A model generated the notes under the pieces. It saw only the letters and a list, made by a program, of their open reading frames with translations. It was not told where the DNA came from and ran no database searches. A DNA stretch of 62,876 nt, counting the filler. It is 4 parts of 4 records of this genome, joined end to end, with 100 filler letters (N's around TTAATTAATTAA, not from the genome) between each part and the next. Parts side by side here need not be neighbours in the genome. Positions count along the whole stretch, not along the records: positions 33,489 to 57,681 come from SRR31156797_41657; 3 more parts are not named here. One strand, 5' to 3'. Each line of letters begins with the position of its first letter. The first letter of the stretch is position 1. Positions 41,341 through 50,486 of the stretch are shown piece after piece. Position numbers and translations under genes: made by a program.

Positions 41341-41399
41341 AGAGTTATAACACTTGAGCATGACCTTACCACTCACCCCTTGAACTATAGAGGCGCCCT

Positions 41400-42629
41400 A
41401 TGCGTTTTTTTCGATTTCTCAACCCAACGACTAACAGTGGGTACTGCTGGGTAATAGTTTTTGCAGGAATGCTCGCCCTTCTTGCCAGCCTCGGCCTTGG
41501 CCGTTTTTCCCTCGGGATGATGCTCCCGGGCATGGGGGAAAGTCTTGACTTAAATTATTCACAAATGGGCCTTATCTCAACCGTGAATTTCTGCGGTTAT
41601 CTGGCTGCGGTACTTTTATGCGGAAGGGTCAGCGCGATCCTGGGAGCGCGGACTTTGATATTCTTTGCTCTCTTGCTGGTGGGTATTTCGATGGTGCTGA
41701 TCGGGCTTTCCTCCAATCTGATTATCATCATTCTGCTCTATTGCTTCACAGGGGTAGGCAGTGCATTTTCCAACGTGCCGATGATGGCCTTAATTTCAAC
41801 ATGGTTTAAGCCAAGCGTCCGTGGGCGGGCTGTTGGTCTTTGCGTGATGGGTAATGGAATGGGGATACTGTTGTCTGGTAGACTTGTCCCTTTTTTAAGT
41901 GACGCAGGGCATGACTGGAGGACAAGTTGGCTATTCTTGGGAAGTTTGGTCCTTATCGTTGCCTTTATCTGCCTGGGATTAGTTCGAAATAAACCGGTAA
42001 AAAGGACGAGCATTGCAAAACAAGACAGGGAAACTGCTAACGACAGGGTCATTACTCAAAGCCAAGACAGCAAAAAGTTTATGCAGCATTGCGCTGCCAT
42101 TTACTTTCTCTTTGGCTTTACTTATGTAATCTATATTACCTTTATTGTCACCTCGTTGGTAGAAGAACGCGGGCTGACAGAATCTGCTGCCGGCCAACTT
42201 TGGTCTTTAGTTGGGATTATCAGCCTGGGATCTGGCCCTGTCCTTGGTTATCTTTCAGACAAGGCTGGTAGAAAGATCGGTCTGATGCTTGTCTTTTCTA
42301 TACAAACGGCGGCCTACCTGCTGGTGGCAATGAAATGGCCCATGATTTCTGTCTATCTATCAATGGTTCTGTACGCCTTGGTCGCTTTCAGTGTGCCGAC
42401 AATAATTGCCGCTCTGATAGGGGACAACGTTGCCCCCCAAGGCGTTGCCGCTGCATTCGGATTTGCAACTTTCTTCTTTGGTATCGGTCAAATCGCAGGA
42501 CCATCCGCAGCAGGAATTCTTGCTGAAAAAGCGGGCAGCTTTTCCATGAGCTTTTTTGCGGCGGCATCACTAACCTTTCTAGCAGTGATCCTCAGCAGCA
42601 AGTTGCCTGGCAGAAGAAAAGAGGTTTAA
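41400..42629 (+). CDS. MFS transporter (YbfB/YjiJ-like)
   Basis: GLGRFS, multiple TM helices, WF...RGRAVG, LSDKAGRK and GIGQIAGP. Confidence 0.88.
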   Translation: MRFFRFLNPTTNSGYCWVIVFAGMLALLASLGLGRFSLGMMLPGMGESLDLNYSQMGLISTVNFCGYLAAVLLCGRVSAILGARTLIFFALLLVGISMVLIGLSSNLIIIILLYCFTGVGSAFSNVPMMALISTWFKPSVRGRAVGLCVMGNGMGILLSGRLVPFLSDAGHDWRTSWLFLGSLVLIVAFICLGLVRNKPVKRTSIAKQDRETANDRVITQSQDSKKFMQHCAAIYFLFGFTYVIYITFIVTSLVEERGLTESAAGQLWSLVGIISLGSGPVLGYLSDKAGRKIGLMLVFSIQTAAYLLVAMKWPMISVYLSMVLYALVAFSVPTIIAALIGDNVAPQGVAAAFGFATFFFGIGQIAGPSAAGILAEKAGSFSMSFFAAASLTFLAVILSSKLPGRRKEV

Positions 42630-42760
42630 TGTCCTATTATAAAAGACCAGACGACACAGTGGAGGCCAGGGAAGAATTGATAGAGTCGGCAGAGAAGTCC
42701 ATTTGCAATCAAAAGAAACAGACATGTCTTTCAGATCTGAAAAAATTACCTGCTGACTAA
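42629..42760 (+). CDS. 43-aa small ORF translationally coupled to the MFS gene (below ORF-track cutoff)
   Basis: TAATG overlap and GAGG upstream; reads MSYYKRPDDTVEAREELIESAEKSICNQKKQTCLSDLKKLPAD*. Confidence 0.4.
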   Translation: MSYYKRPDDTVEAREELIESAEKSICNQKKQTCLSDLKKLPAD

Positions 42761-43005
42761 CTGGGAGCTACTACACATCAAGATATACTGGAAGATTTAA
42801 CGCTTTGTATTATCTTTACTATAAAGACTGACTAAAAAGGCATTGAGAACATGAATCAAAAGAGTACTGCCTGTGCTCAATTCAGCAGTTGTTTACAGTC
42901 TCTTGAATCATAAACAGGCAAGGGAGTAACATATCCCTGGTTGTGATTGACCAGCCAAACTATCTTTCAATGGCAGCTGTTTTGTAAAACCACAGTGGAG
43001 AAACC

Positions 43006-45192
43006 TTGAAAAAGCTTAGTAAGATGTCAGAGATACGAGGCAAGGGCAACAATCTAATGGCCCAGATTGTTGAAAATTTTCCAGTGGCCACCTTTGTTAT
43101 TGACCATAAACATCGCATTTTACACTGGAACCGGGCATGTGAAATAATCACCGGGGTTTCAGCAAAAAAGATGCTCGGCAGCACCCGAACCTGGGAGCCC
43201 TTCTATCCTGAAGAACGACCAGTGATGGCAGATCTAATAGTCGACGGCAAGCTGGATCAAATAGCGCACTATTATGCAGGCAAGTATTCCCCTTCGAAGA
43301 TCCTTGAAAATACGTGGGAAGCTGAAAGTTTTTTTTCCCATTTCCCAAATGGAGGCAAGTGGCTTGCCTTCACTGCAGCGCCTCTTACCGATGATAACGG
43401 AAACATTATCGGTGCCATTGAGACCCTTCGCGACATCACCGCTGAGAAGACATCTGAAACTGCGCTGCGTGAAAATGAGCATCTTTTAAACGAAATCATA
43501 GATGGGTCACCAGTGCCCATGTTTGTCCTTAATACCGATCACCAGGTGACCCACTGGAACCGGGCCTGTGCTGCATTAAACGGGGTCCCCGCAAAGGACA
43601 TGATTGGAACCAGTAATCAATGGAAGACTTTTTACAATGCAAAACGGCCTGTCATGGCGGATCTAGTCGTTGATGGCCAAGGAGAACAAGTACCGGAATA
43701 TTACCAAGGCATCTCTAAAAAATCGCCACTGGTCAAAGGCGCCTGGGAGGCGACTGCCCATTTCCCCCACTTTCAGTCTGGTCCCAAATGGCTCTATTTC
43801 ACGGCAGTACCGCTCCACGATCTTGACGGTCGTATTGTAGGCGCAGTTGAAACCCTCCAGGATGTGACCGAGCGCAAACAGTATGAGCAGCAACTGGAGA
43901 CAAAGGCAAATTTTGATCCCATGACAGGGCTGGCCAACCGCAACCTGCTCGACAACCGTCTTCAGCAGGCGATTATCATGGCAAAAAGAGATAACCAGCA
44001 ATTGGCCCTGCTCTTTCTTGACCTGGATAATTTCAAACAGATCAATGATACCCTTGGTCACACTGTGGGCGACCAAGTCCTCAAGGCCCTCGGCCAAAGG
44101 ATCCTCGGTTGTGTGCGAGAAGTAGATACTGTGGCCCGAATCGGGGGCGATGAATACGTGGTTCTCCTTTATGCACCAGAGAGCGAACACCAGGTTACAA
44201 CCATTGTCCGCAGGCTGCTTGATGAGGTCAGTCGTAAGCTCCCCATGGCTGGCAGACAGCTCTATAACGGCTGCAGTATAGGCATTGCCCTGTACCCAAA
44301 GGACGGCGGCACCCCAGAAACGCTGATGATGCATGCAGACACTGCCATGTACAGGGCCAAGGCCAATGACAAAGGATGGTTTCGTTACTATGCTGAAGGA
44401 TTGACCCAGGAGGCTGCCGAGTGGATAGAACTCAAGCAGGACCTCCACGACGCACTGGAAAAAAGACAACTGGAGCTTTACTACCAGCCACAGTTTGATC
44501 TCAAAACCCAAAAGGTGGTTGGTGCCGAGGCACTGGTTCGATGGAACCATCCAACCATGGGGTTGCTCCTGCCTGACAGTTTTATACCCATCGCCGAGGA
44601 AACAGGACTCATCCTTCCTTTAGGGGACTGGGTCGCTCGAACAGCAGTGGTAGAAGCAAGTACCTGGAAAAAAGAGGTGAAAAGTAACCTGCGAATATCA
44701 GTCAATGTATCGGCTAGACAATTTCGATACCAGGAATTGGTTGATATGCTTGATGGCATTCTTGAAGAAACAGGTTTTCGGGCAATAAACCTGGAGCTGG
44801 AACTGACCGAAAGCCTGGTAATGAATAACCCCCGCAGGGCTGCTGTTCGACTCAATGAGTTAAAAGACAAGGGATTTTCCCTGGCAATGGATGACTTTGG
44901 CACCGGCTATTCCAGTTTAGCCTATATACACCGTTTTCCCTTTGACATGATCAAAATAGACAAATCGTTTATCTATGATATAGGGAAAAATGCAGAAGCC
45001 GAGGCAATTGTCAGTGCCATGCTCGAGCTTGGCAAGGCGCTGGGCCTGCGTATGGTTGCAGAAGGGGTGGAAACGGAAGCGCAGAGAGATTTTCTTGCCG
45101 CCAAAGGGTGCGACGAAATCCAGGGCTTTTTATTTAGCAGGCCTTTACCGGCTGATGCCTTTTTACAGCTGCTGAAAAAAAATACCAGGTGA
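43006..45192 (+). CDS. PAS-PAS-GGDEF-EAL c-di-GMP turnover protein
   Basis: Two similar PAS domains (HWNRAC...RPVMADL); RIGGDEY; EALVRW, ELTES, DDFGTGYSS, KIDKS and EGVE; start uncertain (TTG 43006 or a downstream ATG). Confidence 0.92.
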   Translation: MKKLSKMSEIRGKGNNLMAQIVENFPVATFVIDHKHRILHWNRACEIITGVSAKKMLGSTRTWEPFYPEERPVMADLIVDGKLDQIAHYYAGKYSPSKILENTWEAESFFSHFPNGGKWLAFTAAPLTDDNGNIIGAIETLRDITAEKTSETALRENEHLLNEIIDGSPVPMFVLNTDHQVTHWNRACAALNGVPAKDMIGTSNQWKTFYNAKRPVMADLVVDGQGEQVPEYYQGISKKSPLVKGAWEATAHFPHFQSGPKWLYFTAVPLHDLDGRIVGAVETLQDVTERKQYEQQLETKANFDPMTGLANRNLLDNRLQQAIIMAKRDNQQLALLFLDLDNFKQINDTLGHTVGDQVLKALGQRILGCVREVDTVARIGGDEYVVLLYAPESEHQVTTIVRRLLDEVSRKLPMAGRQLYNGCSIGIALYPKDGGTPETLMMHADTAMYRAKANDKGWFRYYAEGLTQEAAEWIELKQDLHDALEKRQLELYYQPQFDLKTQKVVGAEALVRWNHPTMGLLLPDSFIPIAEETGLILPLGDWVARTAVVEASTWKKEVKSNLRISVNVSARQFRYQELVDMLDGILEETGFRAINLELELTESLVMNNPRRAAVRLNELKDKGFSLAMDDFGTGYSSLAYIHRFPFDMIKIDKSFIYDIGKNAEAEAIVSAMLELGKALGLRMVAEGVETEAQRDFLAAKGCDEIQGFLFSRPLPADAFLQLLKKNTR

Positions 45193-45243
45193 TCGTTTCA
45201 ACCACTTATCCAGTATCCCTGCCTGCAGGATAATGAAGGAGAA

Positions 45244-45269
45244 GAGCCATAAAAGTATTTATGGGGCTC
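45244..45269. terminator. Hairpin between convergent genes
   Basis: Imperfect stem GAGCCATAAA-AGTA-TTTATGGGGCTC. Confidence 0.4.
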
Positions 45270-45309
45270 TTATTATGTGATGAGCGTTTGTTACAATATC
45301 AACCTAGCA

Positions 45310-45750
45310 TCACAAACGGAAGCAGGCTTGAAACTGGTTGCTCTCATGTTCTCTTGAATAAGAACAAAAATCCGCCATGTGATTAACCAGAAAGATACCT
45401 AAACCACCAATCTGTCGCTTCTCCAAATCCGTGTCCAGAGATGGTGCCGGCTGCTCCAATGGATTGAAAGGCGGCCCCCAATCATGAAAGGTGACACAAA
45501 AAAACTGTTCTGAGTTGTTCGGACCTATCTCGTTACCACACCGGATTTCAACAAATGCTGTTTGTTTCGCTGCTTTGTCCTGACTATATTTTACAATATT
45601 GACAAACAGTTCTTCCACTACCAGCTCAAGCTTTATCTGGAGCACTTCCTGAGCGCCTGCCTTTTCCGCATGATACCGTACAAAGCCCTGAACCTCAGAC
45701 AGGTGAGCAATTGCAGCGGTAATACGAAACGATTCAGCAGGGGGTAACAT
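45310..45750 (-). CDS. Anti-sigma factor / Ser kinase (RsbW/SpoIIAB-like HATPase)
   Basis: EELFVNIVKYS, HDWGPPFNPL and RQIGGLGIFLV. Confidence 0.9.
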   Translation of the reverse strand: MLPPAESFRITAAIAHLSEVQGFVRYHAEKAGAQEVLQIKLELVVEELFVNIVKYSQDKAAKQTAFVEIRCGNEIGPNNSEQFFCVTFHDWGPPFNPLEQPAPSLDTDLEKRQIGGLGIFLVNHMADFCSYSREHESNQFQACFRL

Positions 45751-46079
45751 CAGGACTCGAAAGCCTCATCTCTTGTAGCTGTTACGCTGAACATCGAACC
45801 AAGGCCGGAGACCAGAAAAACCTCTTGGACCATTCCGTTCAACCCGCAAAACTGCATGGATCCCCCTGCTGCTTTTAACTTTTTGGCAGTAGAGAGTATA
45901 CTTCTTAGCCCGGCTGAACTGATATACTCAAGCTCGGAGAGGTCCACGACCAGCTTTTTTTCGGAACCGTTAATGACAAGCTGACAGTCTTTTTCAAAAG
46001 CTGCTGCAGTTACTGCGTCCAACCGACCACTTACCTTAAGCAAGGTTCCTGTCTCTCTTTTTTCGCACTCGATCTCCAT
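45750..46079 (-). CDS. STAS anti-anti-sigma factor (RsbV/SpoIIAA-like)
   Basis: GRLDA and VDLSELEYISSAGLR; start MEIECEK after RBS AGGAGAG; stop overlaps the anti-sigma start. Confidence 0.92.
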   Translation of the reverse strand: MEIECEKRETGTLLKVSGRLDAVTAAAFEKDCQLVINGSEKKLVVDLSELEYISSAGLRSILSTAKKLKAAGGSMQFCGLNGMVQEVFLVSGLGSMFSVTATRDEAFES

Positions 46080-46092
46080 CACGACTCTCCTC

Positions 46093-48027
46093 TTATTTAT
46101 TTTCTTTGCCAAGAAACTGTATGGCAAGCATAGTTATATCATCAGATTGTTCAGCGCCACCGGCAAATGTTTTAAGAGATGCGTTAATGGTACTGATAAA
46201 TGATTCTGCAGAAAGACCATTACACTCATTTATAATTTCAACCAATCGTTTCTCAGAGTAAAGTTGCTGATCGTTGTCCATGGCTTCTGTTACCCCATCA
46301 GTATAAACAAGCAGTGTATCACCTGGACGCATGTTCATTGATTGGGTCGTATAACTTGTCCCCTCCACTATTCCAGCCAAAAGCTCATTTAAGGGAGTAA
46401 TCCACTCTGCCTCACCGTTTGCAGGAAGAAGAAGCGGCGGACTATGTCCTGCACTGGCATAACGCACTTCCCCTGTACCAATATCGATCACCGCTAAAAA
46501 AAGCGTTACGAACATACAGGCTTCATTGTCTTCGGCCAATTCGTTATTGACTTTGGCAAGCACCTCACCCGGTTCAAGGCCCTGTTCTGCAACCACCTTA
46601 AGCAGGGTTTTGGTGACTGCCATAAAAAAAGCTGCCGGTACGCCCTTGCCCGACACATCTCCAACTACAAAACAAAACTGGTTTTCATCAATGAAGAAAA
46701 AATCGTAGAGATCGCCTCCGACCTCCCGCGCCGGTTCAATGGATGCGTAAATATCAAATTCGGTTCGATCGGGAAATGCAGGAAAGAGCTTGGGCAGAAT
46801 ACTCATCTGGATGTCATGGGCAATGCGAAGCTCAGACTCGATTCGCTCCTTAACTGCTGTTGTTTCTTTCAGGTTGGCAATGTAGTGCTGCAAGGATTCC
46901 CGCATTGTTGCAATTGAGGTCGCCAGTTCGCCAACTTCATCCTTAGACGAAATTTTGGGTAAATTTGCCTCCAGGTTGCCAGAAGAAATTTCATTTACAG
47001 ATGCGGTGAGACTCCTGAGCGGATGGGTAATTCTGCATGCAAGATAGATAAGCAGCAGTGCAAGAGCTGCAAAACCAAGCGCTCCAAAAAGAACTACTTC
47101 TCTAGTTAAACCTGCTACCTCAGCAAACAGTTCCTTTTTGGGAAAGACAACACCGATGGACCAATGCTGCTTAGGTAAAGCGGTAAAATATAAAAAGCTG
47201 TCTCCAGTTAGCGGCAGATTATCGAGTTCCACAACACCCGACTCCCCGGCAACCATCCGGCGGCCTATTTCTCGGATAAGTGGCTGCTCAAGGTTCTCTG
47301 CAGACGTAAAAACAGTTTCATTCATGACAATCTTTGTATCGGGATGAGCAATGTAGGTGCCGTAGCGAGACAACATGAAGACATACCCCATCTCGTTGAT
47401 GTTAATCACTGAGAGCATCTGCTGTATCCAGTCCAGAGAAATGTCTGCTGTGACAACCCCGGTAAGCAGCTCCTGCCTTTCATGCTTGCGGTAAAAGGGT
47501 ATTGAGTAGGTGGTCATTAACTGATGCCCTCCCCCTGTATCGTAGTAAGGTTCAGTCCAGACCGGTTTTTTTAACTCTCTTGCCAACTGGTACCAGTCCA
47601 TATAAAAATACTGATACTCAGGCCCCCCCAGGTTCGTAAACAGTGTTTCCTTTTGCCAACGATAATGATAGGGGGCGTAATACTTTTGTTCAAAACTAAA
47701 ACCGTGAGGTTCAAATGCTATGGCAGTGCCGAATATCTCTGGATTATGTAAAAGCACCTGTGCACCCAGATCATAAAGCCGCTTTTCAGTCAGGCTTCCG
47801 TCTTCCAGCGAAAATGCGACGGAACCAGCGACTTTTTCAACAGTATTAAGCACTGCAGTGATCCGCTCTGCTATTGATGCGGCCAAGAGCGTTCCGCGAT
47901 CCTCAGCAAGTTGTTCGATGATCCCTCTGGAGACGATGTAGTTATATACGACGATAACCGAAAAAATCAGGGTCGAGAAAACAAGAGTGAGTGACGCCAG
48001 TCGAAAAGCTATACCGTTAACTCTCAT
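46093..48027 (-). CDS. Membrane sensor phosphatase: Cache-HAMP-SpoIIE (PP2C)
   Basis: TM1; Cache (DWYQ...WTEPYYD...DISL); TM2; HAMP (DEVGEL); PP2C motifs EVGGDLYD, GDVSGKG, YTDGVTEA and SDDIT. Confidence 0.93.
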   Translation of the reverse strand: MRVNGIAFRLASLTLVFSTLIFSVIVVYNYIVSRGIIEQLAEDRGTLLAASIAERITAVLNTVEKVAGSVAFSLEDGSLTEKRLYDLGAQVLLHNPEIFGTAIAFEPHGFSFEQKYYAPYHYRWQKETLFTNLGGPEYQYFYMDWYQLARELKKPVWTEPYYDTGGGHQLMTTYSIPFYRKHERQELLTGVVTADISLDWIQQMLSVININEMGYVFMLSRYGTYIAHPDTKIVMNETVFTSAENLEQPLIREIGRRMVAGESGVVELDNLPLTGDSFLYFTALPKQHWSIGVVFPKKELFAEVAGLTREVVLFGALGFAALALLLIYLACRITHPLRSLTASVNEISSGNLEANLPKISSKDEVGELATSIATMRESLQHYIANLKETTAVKERIESELRIAHDIQMSILPKLFPAFPDRTEFDIYASIEPAREVGGDLYDFFFIDENQFCFVVGDVSGKGVPAAFFMAVTKTLLKVVAEQGLEPGEVLAKVNNELAEDNEACMFVTLFLAVIDIGTGEVRYASAGHSPPLLLPANGEAEWITPLNELLAGIVEGTSYTTQSMNMRPGDTLLVYTDGVTEAMDNDQQLYSEKRLVEIINECNGLSAESFISTINASLKTFAGGAEQSDDITMLAIQFLGKENK

Positions 48028-49034
48028 TGCAGGCGCCCTTTATAAAAATCTGGAAATGCTATTTTCGACTGCACGTTTTCAGTGAACTGAAGTGCTTGTT
48101 GTGTCCTGCTAAAATCAGCCTGCTTGAGTATGGTATCGATCTGGGTTTGCCCTTCCGGCACAAGGAGATCTTTCATCCGCTCTAGCATCCAGCTCTGATG
48201 CGCTCTGTTTGCCCTGACATTGCTCTCTTTCATAATACGAAGCATTGTATCAATGGTCTCCTCTGGATGGGCAAAGGCGTAGAGCCATCCTTTGGCAGAA
48301 GCCGTTACCAGCGCATTCGATGTCTCAGGGGATTTTGTATAAGTCGACTCCAAACAATAAATACCATCTTCCGGCAGATTCAGACCAAGATCACTGAAAA
48401 AAAAGATGGTCATTTCATCCTGATTTAATCCATACGACAGCAAGCGGTGATACTCATTGTACCACATGGCTAAAACCGCATCGAGGCCACCGCGCATGAA
48501 CAACTCAAACGATGGAGATTGACGAACAAGAGTCACGTTCAGGTTCTGACGTTTAAAAAGTGCCTTAGGTTGAAGACTAAAATCATCTCCCCAGGTGCCA
48601 ATTTTAGCACCATCAAGATCCTGAAGAGTAGTAATGTTGGAATCTTTACGGGCAATAAGCATCAGGGCGGAACGTTGTACAATCTGTCCAACATTGACAA
48701 GAGGAAGGTCTTGCAAGCGCAGCTGCAAGGCATCAGAGAGGAATGCAGTACAAAAAGCAGTTTTCCCCTGACCAAGCTTTTCACATGCATGTCTGTCTGC
48801 ATTCCCTGGAATAATCTCTACATCCAAGCCGTGCGCAGCATACATACCCTTTTCGCGGGCCATGTAGTAACCTGCAAATTGGGCCTGCGGATACCATTGC
48901 AGTGTGAGTTGAACTTTTTGCCTGGTTGCAGCAGCAAAAGAAGTGGTAGCAGCAATAAAAACAAAGAGAGTTACCAGCAGAGCATGCTTTTGCAGCGTAT
49001 GACCAAGTACAAAAAAATATCGATTCCTCAACAT
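48024..49034 (-). CDS. Periplasmic substrate-binding protein, NMT1/THI5-like
   Basis: Signal peptide; LQWYPQAQFAGYYMAREKGMY...GLDV, AMWYNE and KGWLYAF; no permease or ATPase adjacent. Confidence 0.88.
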   Translation of the reverse strand: MLRNRYFFVLGHTLQKHALLVTLFVFIAATTSFAAATRQKVQLTLQWYPQAQFAGYYMAREKGMYAAHGLDVEIIPGNADRHACEKLGQGKTAFCTAFLSDALQLRLQDLPLVNVGQIVQRSALMLIARKDSNITTLQDLDGAKIGTWGDDFSLQPKALFKRQNLNVTLVRQSPSFELFMRGGLDAVLAMWYNEYHRLLSYGLNQDEMTIFFFSDLGLNLPEDGIYCLESTYTKSPETSNALVTASAKGWLYAFAHPEETIDTMLRIMKESNVRANRAHQSWMLERMKDLLVPEGQTQIDTILKQADFSRTQQALQFTENVQSKIAFPDFYKGRLQ

Positions 49035-50413
49035 TTCGAAAAGTCCTTGATATACGCCTGCATTTTCTTTCCTCTGACAGCTCGCCGTGGTTCTGCTTCA
49101 ACGATGGAGAATGTAATATTTTCTATCCCATGATTAGCGAGCTGGTCAGTCACTGCTCCGGTAATTTGCTGTTTCACTGCACCAGAAAGAGCGTCTTCAA
49201 GATACTGCACACGCATGATTAACTCAGTGGAGCTAGGTTGAATGAATTGAAAAATGGAAATACCGGGGATATCACAGACCGCATTAAGGAATACGATGGG
49301 AGAAAGACGAACCAGCCCCTTGGGACCATCAAATGCTGGCATATCATCTGTTCTGCCCAAAATATCCACATAGGGAAAGGGAAGTCCACATCCACACTGT
49401 TCTTCATAGAGGATAACACAATCGTCCACACGGTATCGGATAATCGGCTGTACTGCATTCATCAAGTTTGTGACCAATATTGCATCGGACATGGTACCTG
49501 GGGAAACAGGGTTCCCTTCCTTGTCAATAGGTTCAACAATTATCCAATCGGAGTTTAAATGCATGTGGCCGTGATCACACAACAGTGAGATTTCTCCGCC
49601 CTCCGTGCTGCAGAACACATTTCCCACTGGACAGGAAAACCGTTTCTCTATCAGTAATCGCGTTTCATCTGTAAGCTGCTCAGCACTGCACAAAATAGCC
49701 TTTGGCTCGATATGCAGCCGACCCTGGTGTTGTTCGCCTGACAAAATCCGCAAAAAGGAAGGGTAGCCGGTTATCAATTCAGGTTGAAACTTGTTCAGTC
49801 TGCGAACCATTTCCTCAATGGGCTCACCGATGGATAACAGCTCCATGGTACCGGTGATGCCCTCCTCTTCCAATGCCACTCTTCTTTTTTCATAGGCACT
49901 GAATGCGGCATGATGGCCACCAGTAGCAAGGACACTGGCAAATTTGGTCTTTTTCTCCATTATTTCGGGAAAATCTTTAAGCAGAGGACTGTGGTACAGC
50001 CTGTCCAACATAATAGCGCCATTGATGTTGACATGACGGCTGTCGCGCAACATCCGCAGAGGCTCCCCAGTCGTGCCTGATGTGGTGGATACACTGTACT
50101 TATCCATAAAAAGGCTGCCCAACGTCCCCAGATCCTGAATGAATGCTGCAAGTTGTTCCTCAGAAAAATCCGGATCGGTTACCCAATCCTGCAAACAGGC
50201 AGTAAGCTCCTGCTTGGTAACAGCCGGTAATTTGTCAAGCGTCGGCTTTTCCGGTAGCCCTGCATACCTATTCCGATAAAACAAAGAATTTTCGCGGGCG
50301 TAAGTAACGATATCGTGCAAACGCTCCTGTTGCAGCTGAGCTATTTCATCACGGGACAGAAGGTCTGCTTGACGAACAAGTTCGACTGCTTTTTCCAAAG
50401 TTATGCTTCTCAT
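49028..50413 (-). CDS. Phenylacetate-CoA ligase / coenzyme F390 synthetase-like adenylate-forming enzyme
   Basis: SLFYR...LPAVTK, TTSGTTGEP, GYPS, CSAE, STEGG, PIIRY and GRTDD. Confidence 0.85.
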   Translation of the reverse strand: MRSITLEKAVELVRQADLLSRDEIAQLQQERLHDIVTYARENSLFYRNRYAGLPEKPTLDKLPAVTKQELTACLQDWVTDPDFSEEQLAAFIQDLGTLGSLFMDKYSVSTTSGTTGEPLRMLRDSRHVNINGAIMLDRLYHSPLLKDFPEIMEKKTKFASVLATGGHHAAFSAYEKRRVALEEEGITGTMELLSIGEPIEEMVRRLNKFQPELITGYPSFLRILSGEQHQGRLHIEPKAILCSAEQLTDETRLLIEKRFSCPVGNVFCSTEGGEISLLCDHGHMHLNSDWIIVEPIDKEGNPVSPGTMSDAILVTNLMNAVQPIIRYRVDDCVILYEEQCGCGLPFPYVDILGRTDDMPAFDGPKGLVRLSPIVFLNAVCDIPGISIFQFIQPSSTELIMRVQYLEDALSGAVKQQITGAVTDQLANHGIENITFSIVEAEPRRAVRGKKMQAYIKDFSKC

Positions 50414-50486
50414 TTACTCTCCTTCAAACATGCAGGATATCTTACACTAACGCCTGTACTGTTTGGGTATTCTTCCATGGTTGCAG

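Noticed and set aside
43663-44550. 295-aa antisense ORF and other long shadow ORFs (e.g. 28483-29100, 28851-29462, 48519-49133)
   Set aside because: Antisense shadows of well-supported genes with no recognisable motifs
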